NCBI RefSeq assembly: GCF_964204645.1
Contig: NC_134026.1
Coordinates: 30,538,150-30,602,149, forward strand
Direction: 5' to 3'
Source: Tubulanus polymorphus
Lineage: Eukaryota > Animalia > Nemertea
Length of the DNA: 64,000 nt
Positions 12,001 through 24,042 of the stretch are shown here, one piece after another (positions within the stretch are counted from its first letter, which is position 1; each line of letters opens with the position of its first letter). Below the pieces are notes generated by a model. That model saw nothing but the letters and a program-made list of their open reading frames with translations, was not told where the DNA came from and did not search any database. A program made the translations under genes and the position numbers.

Positions 12001-15000
12001 TAACTCTAAATGCACCACGGTGGATCAGAATCCTGAGTTTAGAGTTTACCCTAACCCACACAACTGTGAAACTGGATCCTGAGTTCAGAGTTAACTGTAA
12101 ATCACACAACTGTGGAACTGGATCCTGAGTTACTAGTATCAAGTTTTGACTCGTGAGTTAAGATGAGCTCATGTCCACATAGAACTGTTAGAACTGGGTG
12201 CTGTGTTAACGTGTGACTGAAGGTGACTGTGTTAGATTACAGTATAAAGTGTCTTTATAGTTAGTCTTAATGGTAGAGGAAATAGTTTCTTTTCGATCTT
12301 TCTTTCTTCATTATTTTGTGTGTTTCTGTGGGACTTTTCAGAACCCGATGTCAATATTGCACCGTCTATAGATTTCACACAAAGCACAGATACAACATTA
12401 ACATTGAAATTATCTCCTGTTCAATTGTCTACTGGTCCAGTAAGGTAAGTATCGAAACCTACACAGTTTATAGCTGAAATATAGATAGTAAAACATGTGT
12501 AAGTGGAATCAGTGAAGGATAAACGCTTAAATCTAAGAACATGTTGGGTCCGGTTTATTTCCGCTCATTTTCAAATAAATTTCTGTCCCAAACTTGGATC
12601 TTTAAGTCAGAAACCTGCCTAAATCATACAAATAATTGAAGTTAATACCATTAGCTGCTAATCAGAGGAATGCTATGATATCTCACTAGTTGTTGATACA
12701 TGTAACACACTGATCTTAGGACTATTAGTTAAGATATATACTTGTACATAGGCTTCCCCCTTTCCTAGTTGTTATCTAAGATAGCCGTTACATAAAAAAT
12801 TGAGCCATTTCTTTTATGAAGCCCCAGTTTTCATTCAAAAATTGAAAATCCAACAAGTCGTCCAAATTGGAGAAAATCTTCCAGTCCACAAACATCTGAC
12901 TTACACATGGTTTACTGCAGTATGAATTTTAACTGATTGTATTTGTGTTATTTTAGCGCGTATCAGATCGGTATCATCAAATCTACGTCTGCCGCTGGTT
13001 CGCGTTCTCGACGTTCCGTTAATCGCCTCGACGACAGTACTATCGATAAACTAACCAATTACAACGCGGCTCAACGCGAAGGTTTAGGATATTACATCGC
13101 GGCTGAATTGTATGATTTACCGCCGCAGTTCGTACTCGGTGATAATAAAACGTATAACGGATATTACAACGCACCTCTCGATACCGGGGCTGAGATCGAT
13201 GTTTTATTCGGTGTTATCAGTACAGTGAATGGTGAATCACAGGCTACCTACGTCAGCTACGGTCAACCAGTTAAAGGTTCAGTATTTCAGTATTCTATTG
13301 TTCAAATAGCTAAGTTTCGGGTCAGATTTTACCTGCTCCAGACACTGATGCCAAATGGGTTTATGCCTGGTTGACACGTGACAAATTATTCTCTGTGAAC
13401 AAACATGTGACAGCGCTCTCTAACTAGGCATGAGCCAAATCTGACTCTGGTCTGATCCGTGACAGATTGACCTGTTTATTGATCATGGAAATTTTTTTTC
13501 GCATTTGAGTAAAACGATGATATTTTTCATGTACAGTGCAGCGCTATGTGAAAGGCAGTGAATCAAAAGGATCTAATATGGCCACATATATAGGAATAGT
13601 ATTCGGTGTGCTGATTGTATTATCCATTATAATAGTGGTGGCGCTCTTCTTATTACGGTAAGCAGATGAGACATTTGACATCCATATCCTACTGCAATAG
13701 ACTCCGCTCAAGTCAGATCTGCTCAATTCAGAGATAACTGTTTAGATATTTGTTTTCACTCTAAATTTGTTCGCTTGACTCTACATATGAATTATATGCC
13801 ATCAAATATTGCTCTTAAGTCAAAACTTGAGCAAAGTCTACTGTGTTTTGCTTCAAATAAATGTAAGCACAAGGAGTGTTTAAAAGTAGTAGTATCTGTT
13901 TTGGTACTCTGGTCTCTTTAGACCTTGACCCGTTGAATGTTAACATTTGCAGCTTTTGGTTTGTTTTTGGTAATGATAGTGTTTTTCTATGTTAACAGAA
14001 TGAAGCGTCAGAAAATGAAGAAAGAATTAGAAAAAGATGATTTAAAGAAACCGCCGACGATGGATGAACTTTGTATGTCTAAATCTAACAACAGAATCAG
14101 CACTATAAGCACATGTAAGTGATCGAAGGAATCACGAATCGGAGTGATCCGAACAGTCAGTTCAGAACTGTCGTATTTCTATTCTAGATTCGTTCAGTAA
14201 TAATTTCGCGGCTGCCGTACCGTTGATGAAAACTGAACGCGAAGATGAAGATGAAATGACTGAACAAGATATCGAAACTAAACTGGATTCGCCGATTCCA
14301 CAAGAGGAGTTATACGTGAATATAGACGTCGGAATCCCCAGTCATACAGTTACACCTGACTCATTACTGGATTATATCAGAGAACGTAAAGCTGATAGAA
14401 ATGCAGGATTCTACGCAGAGTATAGGGTATGTATACATATATGGATATATAGTGACCAGTGTGTGACATATATATCCTTTCGATAATTACTGGTTTACAA
14501 ATGAGCAAACGTGTTGTTTTTGTTTAAACTGTAGGAATTTCCTGATAATTTTATTGCCGCCCATGACGTCGCAATGTTACACGAAAATAGGAATAAAAAC
14601 AGATTCAGAAATATCGTGGCATGTGAGTATTTGATTGATTGATTGATTGATGATTTTAGTTGAATATAAATCGAGTAAATCTAGTTGAATTGATTGTGTG
14701 TTTATTTCAGATGATCACAGTCGAGTTGTATTAGAATTAACGGATGCAGATCCTTATTCACATTATATTAATGCTAATTATATCATCGTAAGTTTCAATC
14801 TGTCTACAGTAGATTGTGTTTACTCCGGAGGAGTCAGTTGCCTCGGATTATTGTGTGCCTTGGAATCCGAGGCAAGCGTAGTCTACTGTATTCTGTAAAA
14901 CAAACAAGTTTCCAATCATATGCAAATCACTGATACAAATTTTATCTTTTTAGGGTTTTGAGAAACCGAAAGCATATATCGCCGCACAAGGTTTGTACGA

Positions 15001-18000
15001 GCTCGTCTTGCTAAAGTGTTAATTACGCGTGTAATGGTTTTATCTTACGTAAGATGATTGAATTATTGTTGCAGGTCCCAGTAAAAATACAATACCCGAT
15101 ATGTGGAGAATGATTTGGCAAGAAGATGCTTCTAAAATCATCATGCTTACAAACCTGGTAGAACTTGCAAAGGTAAAGAGATTTACGGTTAAAGATGTCT
15201 TGAAACCTCATCTATTCATTCGTACTTTAAAACAATTTAGAGTTCACCATAATCAAACTCATGAAAATGTCACAACTGTTTTTGAAATGAAAATCAGTTT
15301 TGAAAATGGCTTGTAATATTTGCATCATGATGAATCTAAAAGTTTCTTTTGATTGTGGGTTTTTGTTTGATACGCATATCGATAGTTTGTTACTTGTTTA
15401 TTGAAACCGATATAAGTTTGATGTTGATCGTAGGTTAAGTGTGAACAGTACTGGCCTGATGAAGGGATGGAGGTATATGGTGATATCACTGTTGAAATTC
15501 TAGAAATTGAAAGAATACCGTACATGGTGACGCGAAAATTCCGGTTATCCAAGGTAGAGACGAAGATCTAGAAGTTTAATGAATCTTTGTATTGAACTAT
15601 TCTAGTTAATGAATATATTATGAATAAATTCATTTATAGGGTGACAAACAAAAAACGATAAAACATTTCCATTTCATCGGTTGGCCCGACCACGGGGTTC
15701 CTTTATTTCCATCGACTATGCTCTGCTTTAGAAACAAAGTGAATTCATATAAAGGCAAAGGTAGTGGACCAATTATTATCCACTGTAGGTAAGTAGATAA
15801 ATATATCTTGAGCAAGTTCAACAGTTGTTTATAGTAAAGATTTGACTGTAGATTTAAACAAGAGATGTCAACTCAATCAATCACTTAACTGTATCTGTAC
15901 ATCTGTCAAACTTAACAGACTACTGGATCCTGATCTGTGGAACAGGATCTTGATCTGTGGAACTGGATCCTAATCTATGGAACTAGATCCTGATCTGTGG
16001 ATGACTTGGTCCTGATCCGTGAAGCTGGATCCTGATCCTATATTTTGCATAGTTTATGATTTCTTATTGCATGTATTTATTGTAATATGTTTATAATTTG
16101 CAGCGCTGGAGTAGGACGAACAGGAACATATATAGGAATAGACTATCTGTTACAGCAGTGCGCTAAAGAGGATCAAATGGATGTTTATAACTGTGTTCAT
16201 TTAATGAGATCGCAGAGAGTCAAAATGGTTCAAACTTTGGTACGATTTGTCTCTTTGGATAGAAGATTCTAATCGGGGCCCTGTTGCATGTCTCTTAGAT
16301 TTTAAGACTGGTCTGAAGTTGTTAGATTGGCTATTGGACTAAATTGGTCCTAGATTAATCATAAACCTAAGCCATGAAGGTGCTCTGATTCTATCATTTC
16401 AAGATTCATCTGAAATTGAATTCATGTAATATTTGAATATTTCTAGGATCAGTATATATTTATCCATGATGCGTTGTTGGAAGCGTTGAAAGTTGGACAG
16501 ACAACATTCCCGTGTCAAGTATTTAAAGAGAAATACAGTAAAATGAACACTCTTAACCGGAAAACAAACACAACGAAATTGATGGAACAATTTGAGGTAA
16601 ATAATCAGCAACAAAATCTGTTTTTTTTTTAGCTTGTGTTTTTGGGGTCGATTCAGGGTCTGAAGGCCAATTTTTGAGGTGCAAATTTTCATTTAGGAAA
16701 GGTCATTCTGGCAGTACTGCTCTTTCTCGACAGAATTGTGCCTCTATTACTGGAGTCTCATGAGGTTCATGGACTCACTCGGCCCTGGTTTTAACTCGGT
16801 ACATGTATTTGTATATTTTAGTTATTGACGGCTTTTGACATTCATCCTGACCCAGATCGATGTCGTGGAGCTTTACATCATGAAAACAGAAATAAAAATA
16901 GATGCATAGATATTTTACCAGGTCAGTTACGGATCCATTCTGCACTGATTATTCCAAAAATGGAATCGAAGTGATCTCAATTCAGACTGAAAATTTGACA
17001 CTGTCCAACTTGAGAGTGATGTCTGATTTGGATAGTAATTTGTAAATGATTTTGAGACAGTTTCCTCGGGTATTTTTGGAGTTAAACGGTGTTATCTCCC
17101 AAGTCTAGCGACGTCTACCAATGATCTTCTTGTATTTTCGTTTTTACAGAAGAGAAAAATCGACCGTTGCTTTCAACTCCCGTCCAAGGCAGAAATTCAT
17201 ACATAAACGCTGTATTTGTGAAGGTTAGTAGTTCACATTAGAAAAGAATTCATCGATTCAATGAAAAACCGACAAAAAATGATAAGATATTTTTTGGTGA
17301 TGTTTTACAGGGTTATTCCAAGTGGGATCAGTTTCTCGTTACTCAAACTCCGATGGCGACGACTGGCGTCGATTTCTGGCGTATGATGTTCGATTATCAT
17401 TCAAATACAATTGTTATGATGCAACAATTACAAAAAGACGACGAGGTAAAACCATGGAAACATTAACTTTCACTGCGCGTACGGTAATCTATCTCAACTG
17501 TATATATGATAACTGTTTGATTTCGATTGTAGACATGCGCTAAATATTGGCCGTCTTGTGATGGGAATTATGAATTCGGACCACTGGTAGTTGAGGCCGG
17601 CGATACGAATACAGACTTTCCTAACATTACCATCAGAGATTTCCGTATCACGAATCGGAACAAGCTGAAAGATGGACCTCGGTTGATTAGACAGTTCCAG
17701 TTGAACGTATGGCATAACGGCGACCCAGTTCCACAATCTGAAGCTACTATTCTTACTCTTATTGATATGGTTGATAGATGGTTACAACAAACTGGTGCTG
17801 GACCTGTTACTGTTCATTGCATGTAAATATCACCACGCGCATATAGTATACAGTAATCTCTGCTTGCCTCGGAGCTTGATAAATTGTCAGTGCCAGTTGG
17901 AGCGATGATTGGGTGTGGTCATTTGAATTGGAGTAGGAAAATTCTAAACATTCTAAACAGGCTTTGATAGTATTTATTCCGGTTTAGAGACAGCAATTGC

Positions 18001-18697
18001 AGATTACAAACTCTACAGGCTGCTTCTATCAGGAATAGGTAGAGCATATTCTGGTTTATCTGAACAGAAGAGAATTCCGGGACCGGTAGAAAAATTCAAA
18101 ACTTTCCTTATTATCCAAGGCAATCAGCTGCGTGGCAAGCGCGGTCAACTTTTAAAACACAAAACTGATATGAATTATTCTGAAATGATGTCTGATGTAT
18201 TTATAGGAATGGTGCATATTGCGGAGGACTGTTTTGTGCTGCTGTTGCTGCACTCGATAAAGTGAAATTAGATCACGAAGTTGATATATTCCAAACAACT
18301 CGACTCGTTCGAATATCTCGTCCACAACTCGTCAGTAATTTTGTAAGTCATCGTTTTAACAGTTCATTCCAACGTACATCCAAAATCATCTATTGAATTC
18401 TAGGCTGGATCAGCCGGCTTCCATAGTTAAAAAGAAACATCCTGTGCCAGCAAAATTTCCAAACCCCTTATTTCTTTTGATTTTTGTTGAATCCTTCCCT
18501 AAATCAAAGTCTGACCTTGGACACCCCCTTTTATCTGCCTTAGGAACTAGATGATATGTTACTGAGTTGACTACAGTCACATTAGGCCTGTGTTAACAGT
18601 ATTGTTTGTTTGTGTATTTCAGGAACAGTACAAATTCATTCATGATGTTGTGATCGAGTACCTGAATAACTTCGACACCTACTCGAATTTTAAATAA
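55..18697 (+). CDS. Receptor-type protein tyrosine phosphatase (R2-like, tandem PTP domains), about 33 exons in the window, 5' end lies upstream of it
   Basis: GT-AG exons encode EGF-like repeats (55-191, 943-1077, 2404-2541), an F5/8C/fucolectin domain (1619-1830, 2030-2254: CTHT..PWWKVDL..YVKI..LALCEVQV), six or more FN3 repeats (2968-12444), an RSRR site (about 13000) and a TM helix (about 13590-13650). D1 has KNRFRNI, DDHSRVVL, YINANY, AAQGP, WRMIWQE, KCEQYWP, WPDHGVP, HCSAGVGRTG and MVQT. D2 has KNRCIDI, FWRMMFD and HCMNGAYCG. The last exon 18623-18697 ends ...DTYSNFK*. Confidence 0.93.
2785..2930. repeat. Short tandem repeat of AACTGTGGAACTGGATCCTG (MITE-terminus-like motif)
   Basis: Repeated 20-bp and 8-bp (GAACTGTG) units. 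The same motif recurs at about 12063, 12110, 15925-16035 and 33364. Confidence 0.8.
4307..4555 (+). repeat. 32-bp minisatellite spanning an exon/intron junction (8 copies of CAG|GTAA)
   Basis: CAGGTAA starts at 4307, 4339, 4371, 4403, 4435, 4467, 4499 and 4531. Unit CAGGTAACACTACCAGTTTGTAACTACTCTAT. Confidence 0.9.
4634..7495 (-). CDS. Intronless TRIM/RBCC protein (RING, two B-boxes, coiled coil, C-terminal NHL-like beta-propeller), nested in RPTP intron 4310-8714
   Basis: 953-aa ORF. RING CVVC..CNHVICIKC..CPKC; B-box1 CMDCKIFMCPRCLDIH..H; B-box2 CHIH..FCREENCRIPICQRCHLYAHQGH; then a helical region and propeller-like repeats (ITDIAL..ILILD, PRRV..VIVSD, RGICID, HPNVLIFD). Confidence 0.9.
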   Translation of the reverse strand: MSNGGEGSVAGSRRSSTRQSNQTRRRQSSTMSLPTSTVSRTASRTSTNPRIATADLIEQAEAAERVSSRRSTRITTRNSIITAATPDSNYRPNGPKTTSTITTKTPSSPVKEKTIVDSEATTNNLNKVIKKLSQCVVCKDILSPPDGKHMPCNHVICIKCLLQIQPKQEAIVNKPGEGHQEKRASKLRCPKCDQSFYVPHSELQELTDVFEGLNILQSLIEPDYICQAKYHRKWHEYENRPKTELGPKTTSTVSRELGPKTTSTVSKPITPSTDRSKHQTPAIHSDKQVNKPIKKPTKKSKRPGTADSELDPILQRILDSSSPVSDLTRQLSEASRSPRSSAVSSTARASPASRIDDEDVADFWCMDCKIFMCPRCLDIHTQGAEFIEHRIFTIEEYRALFLKVEPPKCHIHDLELTLFCREENCRIPICQRCHLYAHQGHRVVELTESLDRIKLTLHNKELKNTDIMTKSSDDYLILEKFTADHLQEFENVKNQVNDRAEQLKSLIENSRNILLEKLDYLKELFEELSKIDLERLLVDIQKANNCGDLFKLCQDEKILNRLLALYSFTTENSSWFGQKPGERSPDYRRLKQLRVRFTKNPLLNTFLHGKDILGKNIVGRLDRIHVTDTYPVGSYETDTMKAAIAVENQRKTPRDSTDKLNMRVVYVSTTEIVNYKEVGTPVITDIALYSDGILILDFHNKHVLVCDKMWNKKFHVRTIIKGTGEFKMSDPRRVIVYDDELVIVSDHTACALYVYTIEGNEVRVISLDEEPCALFIENNDRLFVGFAYSGNVNCYRINASVEEDGKRGSKWNFILNYERTISMLPDHWIRYLTANEHGDLFASTKHNDNDFILRKENAANVELFKNESTDSVQIPSRGICIDDNRSVISAAWSPFRILRIPLTAKGMDKDQAISILEDKKTLDHPNVLIFDHEGDLIVGQENGLINLYTPTII
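9075..9203. mobile_element. MITE with TIR GGGCCRGTYGCTCAAAAGTTGG and 3-bp TSD CTG (PIF/Harbinger-like)
   Basis: ctg|gggccggttgctcaaaagttgg ... ccaacttttgagcgactggccc|ctg. A related internal fragment lies at about 63305-63400. Confidence 0.75.
11110..11800. repeat. 19-20-bp minisatellite (GGTTCTGGACCCAGTCTCAT)n in an RPTP intron
   Basis: More than 30 near-identical units with a higher-order variant pattern. It explains the repetitive ORFs at 11086-11821. Confidence 0.95.
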
Positions 18698-20422
18698 GTC
18701 TCCGACAGATTAATAGGAAGAAATATTACTTGATTCGACTTAATTTTCATCGAATATGAATAAATGTTTCAAAGGATGAATAAATAGATGTAACTTTGTA
18801 CTCGGAATCTCTTCATGTAAAAACAAAACATTATTTTGTACAGATTTGTAAAATTTGTTATATTTCGATTCGTTTTGTAATTTGTGGCCACTTGCTACGG
18901 TGAGTTTTCTTGATAATTTACCACATCTGAAATATGAAGTATTGATAAGTGTATTGTATATGTATTACTGAAATGATGAACGTTTGGCGAACTCTATATT
19001 TTTTGTCTAAGCTGAAAAAGAAACGTCGTGATGATAGTATTGTCTTTATGTGCCTTCAGTAAAACTGTTCAGTAGAGTGTGTATGTATGGGATATATATC
19101 ACTAGTATGAATCGTACTGTTGTAAATATGTAGATTCTGACAATCAAACTCTATTGTAAATACTAGTGTTAGATTCTTAGTTATTCAATCGTAGAAATTC
19201 GCACAGATAACTATAACCTCGCGATCACACGACCGTTTTAAACGCGTAGATTCGACCCGGGGCAATCGTTCACACTGTTGGTTATTGGGTCTGCGCCTGT
19301 TTGGCCAAATTTGTCCCAGCCACTCACCTCACTTGCCACAACATCATTTTCATAGCATTTTAACAACGAGTGAGTGAGTTACGTGTGAACGCATTCTCTA
19401 ATTAGACTCGGGTCTGATCCAGGCCAATTTGACATCGGCCAAATTGTGACCATGGCTATAGACAGCAACAGTGCTAGTTATTTTGCTAGTCTGATAATAT
19501 TCAATGCTGCTGAGAATCTGTAATTGTTTTCAAGGTTTCTGTTTTGAGTTCAGCTCGATGAAATGAAAGGCAGCAGAAAAAATAAACACTCCTGGCCTGA
19601 AATTATTGAGCGACATCTTTTTTTACGGCTTGTTATTTTGACAAAAATATTCTCTATTTTGCTTTAGATTTTTTTAGATTCTAGCATTATAATATATATA
19701 TACATATATTGAATAATTTTGTTTGGATGCGATTTATTTAAAAATGTAAATAGATTGGTTTCTGAATGGATTCAATGTGTTTCAGTGTACAATGCTGAAT
19801 TCAAGCTATATGTGATGCCATATTTTTCAGTGATAAATTCTTGTAACCGCTGCACACACAACATGTTCTTGAGTTAGTAACAACTTTTGAAAATTGTTAA
19901 TTAATTTCAGATTAGGTAAATCACTAGTTGATGTCCAGTTTATATAAATCATCAACCTTTCTACTAAAGTTGTTGTAAGAGATAGAATTAATAAGGCATT
20001 GATATGAATCTCATTAATTTGTGATGAGATGGTTCCTTCAGACATCTAGCTATTGATGTACTATGCAATACTATAGGAGCAGCTTGCCCCTCCCTGAGTC
20101 TCCACTGCTTTGTTGTAATTGTATCATATTTTGTTTAGGTGCGGAAGATTTGAAATGTCTCGTAATTGGTGCTTATTTTAGTTGATTAGATTAATCTATG
20201 TGTATACTGCCAGCATTTTCAATGAAATTGTTCATAATAAATTGTAATAAAAATATGTTTTACAAAAACTAGTTGGTTCCTTGTTTTTACTGAAATACAA
20301 AATACCTTTCTATAAATGGAATCGTTATAACCATAACGGCTTCCACTATTGATCTGAATTACTAGACTGGTTTTGCAGTACTATACACGTAGTACTATAA
20401 ATCAGCACCGGTACTGTAAATA

Positions 20423-21769
20423 ATGGCTTCGTCAAACCCTCTAAAGATATTAGTATTTTACGGTGGTTACAGACCTCAGAGACATGGTATTAAATTAGCT
20501 AGGTTTATAGTGAATCATCTAAAGCAAAGGAAACATAATGTGACATTATTTGGTAAGTGTCGTCGCTGTTTTTCTGACTCTATTCGAGCAGGTTCCTGGG
20601 ATTCTGTCACACCCGTCGTTGCCAGGCAGTATTATATACTGTGGCGTTGTGCCTGATGGGGTTTGCCTTCAAACATGTCTGACTGTAGGATACCCCTTGT
20701 ATTTATACCTCAACTTGTCGCATCGTGTTGTTAGTTATAATATATATACCAGTTACATGTAACTTCATGACAATATATATATATTTCACGTTGATAAGCC
20801 TACAGCGTTTAATTCAAGCCGAACCCCAAAATATTGAAACGACTGTTTGACAAATAAGTTGTAAAACTGTATCGGGAATATTTGTAGATGCGATGGAAAT
20901 GCCATTCAACCTCCTGGCGAAACCTATACATTTTTATAAAGAAGGAGAAGTCGTACCAGATTGGATGATCTCTGCTAATAATCAAATAAAGGAAAGCGAT
21001 GCTTTAGTGATGGTTTGTGGTGAATATAACTGGTGTCCACAACCAGGATTACTCAATATGATCGACCATTTCTTTAATAGTTATAGATACAAGGTTTCAG
21101 CAATTGCGTCTTACTCAGCAGGTAATACGTAAACTACATATAGAAATGTACGTGGAGTGTCGTAAGTTAAATTGCTAGATGCGAAAAAGGTATTACTGTA
21201 TAATAAGTTAACTTGATTTTATAAGAAATAAGAGCTTTTACTATAGTGCATAGAAGCTTCCGAGCTCATTTATCAAATTATGCTAGATACTAGTATCGAA
21301 AGCTCGTGATTTCTAATAAAATCAGTTAAACCTACGTACCGGTATATAGTATGCCTGTTTTTACGTCTATTAATTAGACACTAGTTTAACGGCTCCTCTA
21401 CAACTCGTCAAGTTAAATCGCCTTATTTTAGATGTTACGTGTATGCATATGGCGAGCTATTACGATTTTCAAAAGGCAGATTAGAGTAAGCTTTAATCAT
21501 TAATATTTAAATATGAATTTCCAGGAGGATTTAGCGGTATTCGCGCGAGCTGCGCGGTACGAGAAAAACTATCGTGTTTAGAAACAATCATATCTCCGCA
21601 ACAATTCTGCGTACCGCAAATAATCCAAGCATTCGACGACGAAGCAAATCCAACCGGTGACCGGAAGGAAAGACTTCAAACTGGTATCGATAGATTCATA
21701 CGAGAATTAGAATGGGTGGCACACGCGATCAAAGATCGAAAAGATTCAGTCGGAATTCCTAACAAGTAA
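20423..21769 (+). CDS. NAD(P)H-dependent FMN/quinone reductase (flavodoxin-like FMN_red family), 3 exons
   Basis: Exons about 20423-20551, 20888-21121 and 21526-21769. Motifs KILVFYGGYRPQRHG, IKESDALVMVCGEYNWCPQPGLLNMIDH, YKVSAIASYSAGGFSGIRA and FIRELEWVAHA. TATAAA at about 20396 and AATAAA at 21958. Confidence 0.88.
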
Positions 21770-21975
21770 TCTCCATACAGAAGTAGATTGACGTTTCTTT
21801 TTTCCAAGAAACAAATGAAAATGTTGAGATTCTCCGAGAATGAACTATGTTGTACAAACACCAGTCATTAGACTCCTCTGTAACGATTGAGTTTCATCGT
21901 GTTCTGTTTTGCCACGGATTGAATTCGAATTTTTTTGCGGTCGCTTTGTAAAAGTCAAATAAAACATGTTACTCT

Positions 21976-23240
21976 TTATGTTTGTTTTATGCGTCTTTGT
22001 TCACATACGTAGTTTCTCAAAGATGTGCAATGATCGATCATCCATTTTCTGTCATTAGTTTTGGTAGAATACATGACGCATCGTGGAGTATTTGACGAAG
22101 GTGCTTGTCCGCCCATCCAGGGCGCTGTGTACCCAACCACTGATTTATCGCTAACGAACTTTGCTCGACCCAGTCTTTCTCTGACACCAATAAATATTTC
22201 TGAAATTTCAAAGAGAGAGAGAAGCATGTTCGTTTGTTTGCGAGATATAGTGTATATACGTGCAGAATCCAGAACTCCTGGAAAATGCCAGAAAAAAACA
22301 ATCTACGACATAGAAATGATGACGTCTCTTTCCATGAGTGAGATATTAGTGACCAGTGGTTTTACACCTTGTCGTATCCATAACAATCAGTTTTTGTTGT
22401 TCTGATAATTTCCACGAGTAAATCTTCTACCATATACGCAAGAATTTAGATTAAATATCATTTAAATTTCTATAACACGAATTTATACAGCCCATGGATG
22501 CATAATCTAGTTTATACTTCAATGGTCTACCCGAAGGGTTTTACTACCGTGTGTGGCCTGCGTATCCAGATTCAGATACTTCACGAGTTGTTCGTTTTCA
22601 GTGAGTGTCCGAGGTTCAGCCAGACGTGTTACCATCGCATCAGAAGAGTTAGAATCGCAATCATTTCGAGCATTCTTAAAACTGTTTGATTCGATTACAA
22701 CACGATAACAAACTTCCATATCTGTCTGAAGTTTACCGTAACCCGGTAAACAACTTAGAGCAACAGGATCTACCGTACTGACTGGTGACGTCACATTGTC
22801 CGTCGACCTTGGCAAAGATGACGAATTATCCGCTAAAGAGAATGAATGGAATAAAAAGTATGTTCAGAGAAAATTCAAGTCAAGAAAGAAAATGAATGAA
22901 TGATTTTCTTACTTTTAGTCTCGATTACTTTAATAAATGTTTTAACGTCGTCAGTTGATGAAGAATCCACGAATTGAATTGACCCCGCTATAATCAGCAC
23001 ACACTTAACATCGGTGTATAAAAACCCGTGACAAATATAATCACCAGATGTCTCCAAGCATTCTTTACTGCAACCGATGAGATTCTGCGCCGTATCACTA
23101 ACATCCCGTGTCGTTAATAGACTGATGTTTACTGCCGAGGATGAATATCGGAAACGAGCTTGTCTCATTAAAAACCCGTCTCCAAATACAACAGAATAAT
23201 TACCCAACAACACTATCAAAACGATACGTACCAAACCCAT
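21976..23240 (-). CDS. Secreted PAN/apple-like plus C-type lectin-like protein, copy 1 (3 exons)
   Basis: Signal peptide MGLVRIVLIVLLG; PAN-like CSKEC..CHGFLY..C; CTLD CLPGY..CY..SFKNARNDC..LAEP..ENEQL..FIG..W..C..W..C..YVCE. Exons 23240-22913, 22832-22548 and 22199-21976 have phase-consistent GT-AG junctions. Confidence 0.85.
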
Positions 23241-23619
23241 GTTACTGACGATACTGAATCTACTCAAACTCCTGAATCTCTGATCGTTTTTATTCATACA
23301 ATAGCGACCTCCATTAGTATCAAATCTTACGTCGATCAATTAAACCTGAAAGATCTGTTTAATGGATCCAATGTTCGCTGATAGAACACGATATTTCTAT
23401 TGTATTTTAATCGGCATTTCTAAAACATTTTAAACTAAGTTCTATCGAGGACTATTATTCTCCATTCACCAACGGAAACACGGTGTTTTTTACAACTAGG
23501 GCTGCTTAAGAATCATTTCATATCTATTGTGAAGGTTTTACGTAAAATTGTAAATTGAAATCACAATGGAAACTTCTTTTCTAAATATGAACCACGATTG
23601 GGAGATAAGGGGTGTCATT

Positions 23620-23797
23620 GTTCTTCCGAGAAAGTGGCGTGTAAAAGGGGCGCCCGATCAGCAAAATCAAAAACAAAGATGAGACGCACTCCGGGATTAG
23701 TTTTTATTCATCATTCTGCTGGACCGAGTTGTTCCAATCAGCAATCATGTAAAAGAGTCGTTAAAGGCATCCAGGATTACCACATGAATGTGAGAGG
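23620..23797 (+). pseudogene. Orphan PGRP exon-2 fragment
   Basis: [46 protein letters not shown] aligns with exon 2 of the PGRP at 27427 and keeps the same donor position. The conserved W of WGAR is lost, and no exon 3 or 4 follows before the next duplicated unit. Confidence 0.75.
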
Positions 23798-24042
23798 TAG
23801 GAGTTTAGTTAGTTCTTAAACTAATTCAACCTACTCTAAACTAATCTAAGGCTAATAGTGGAACCTCGTTGCAACGAAAGTCATGCGAGACCGGAAGATC
23901 TGTTCAATAGTGTGAAATGATTGAAATTCCGTTGGTAAAAATCGATAAATTGTTATAATCGAAGAAACGAGGTTCCGCTATTCAATTTTTTTGTATTGCA
24001 AATAGGAAATTTAAGTTCAACATTCGTTTCGAAAAAAGATGG

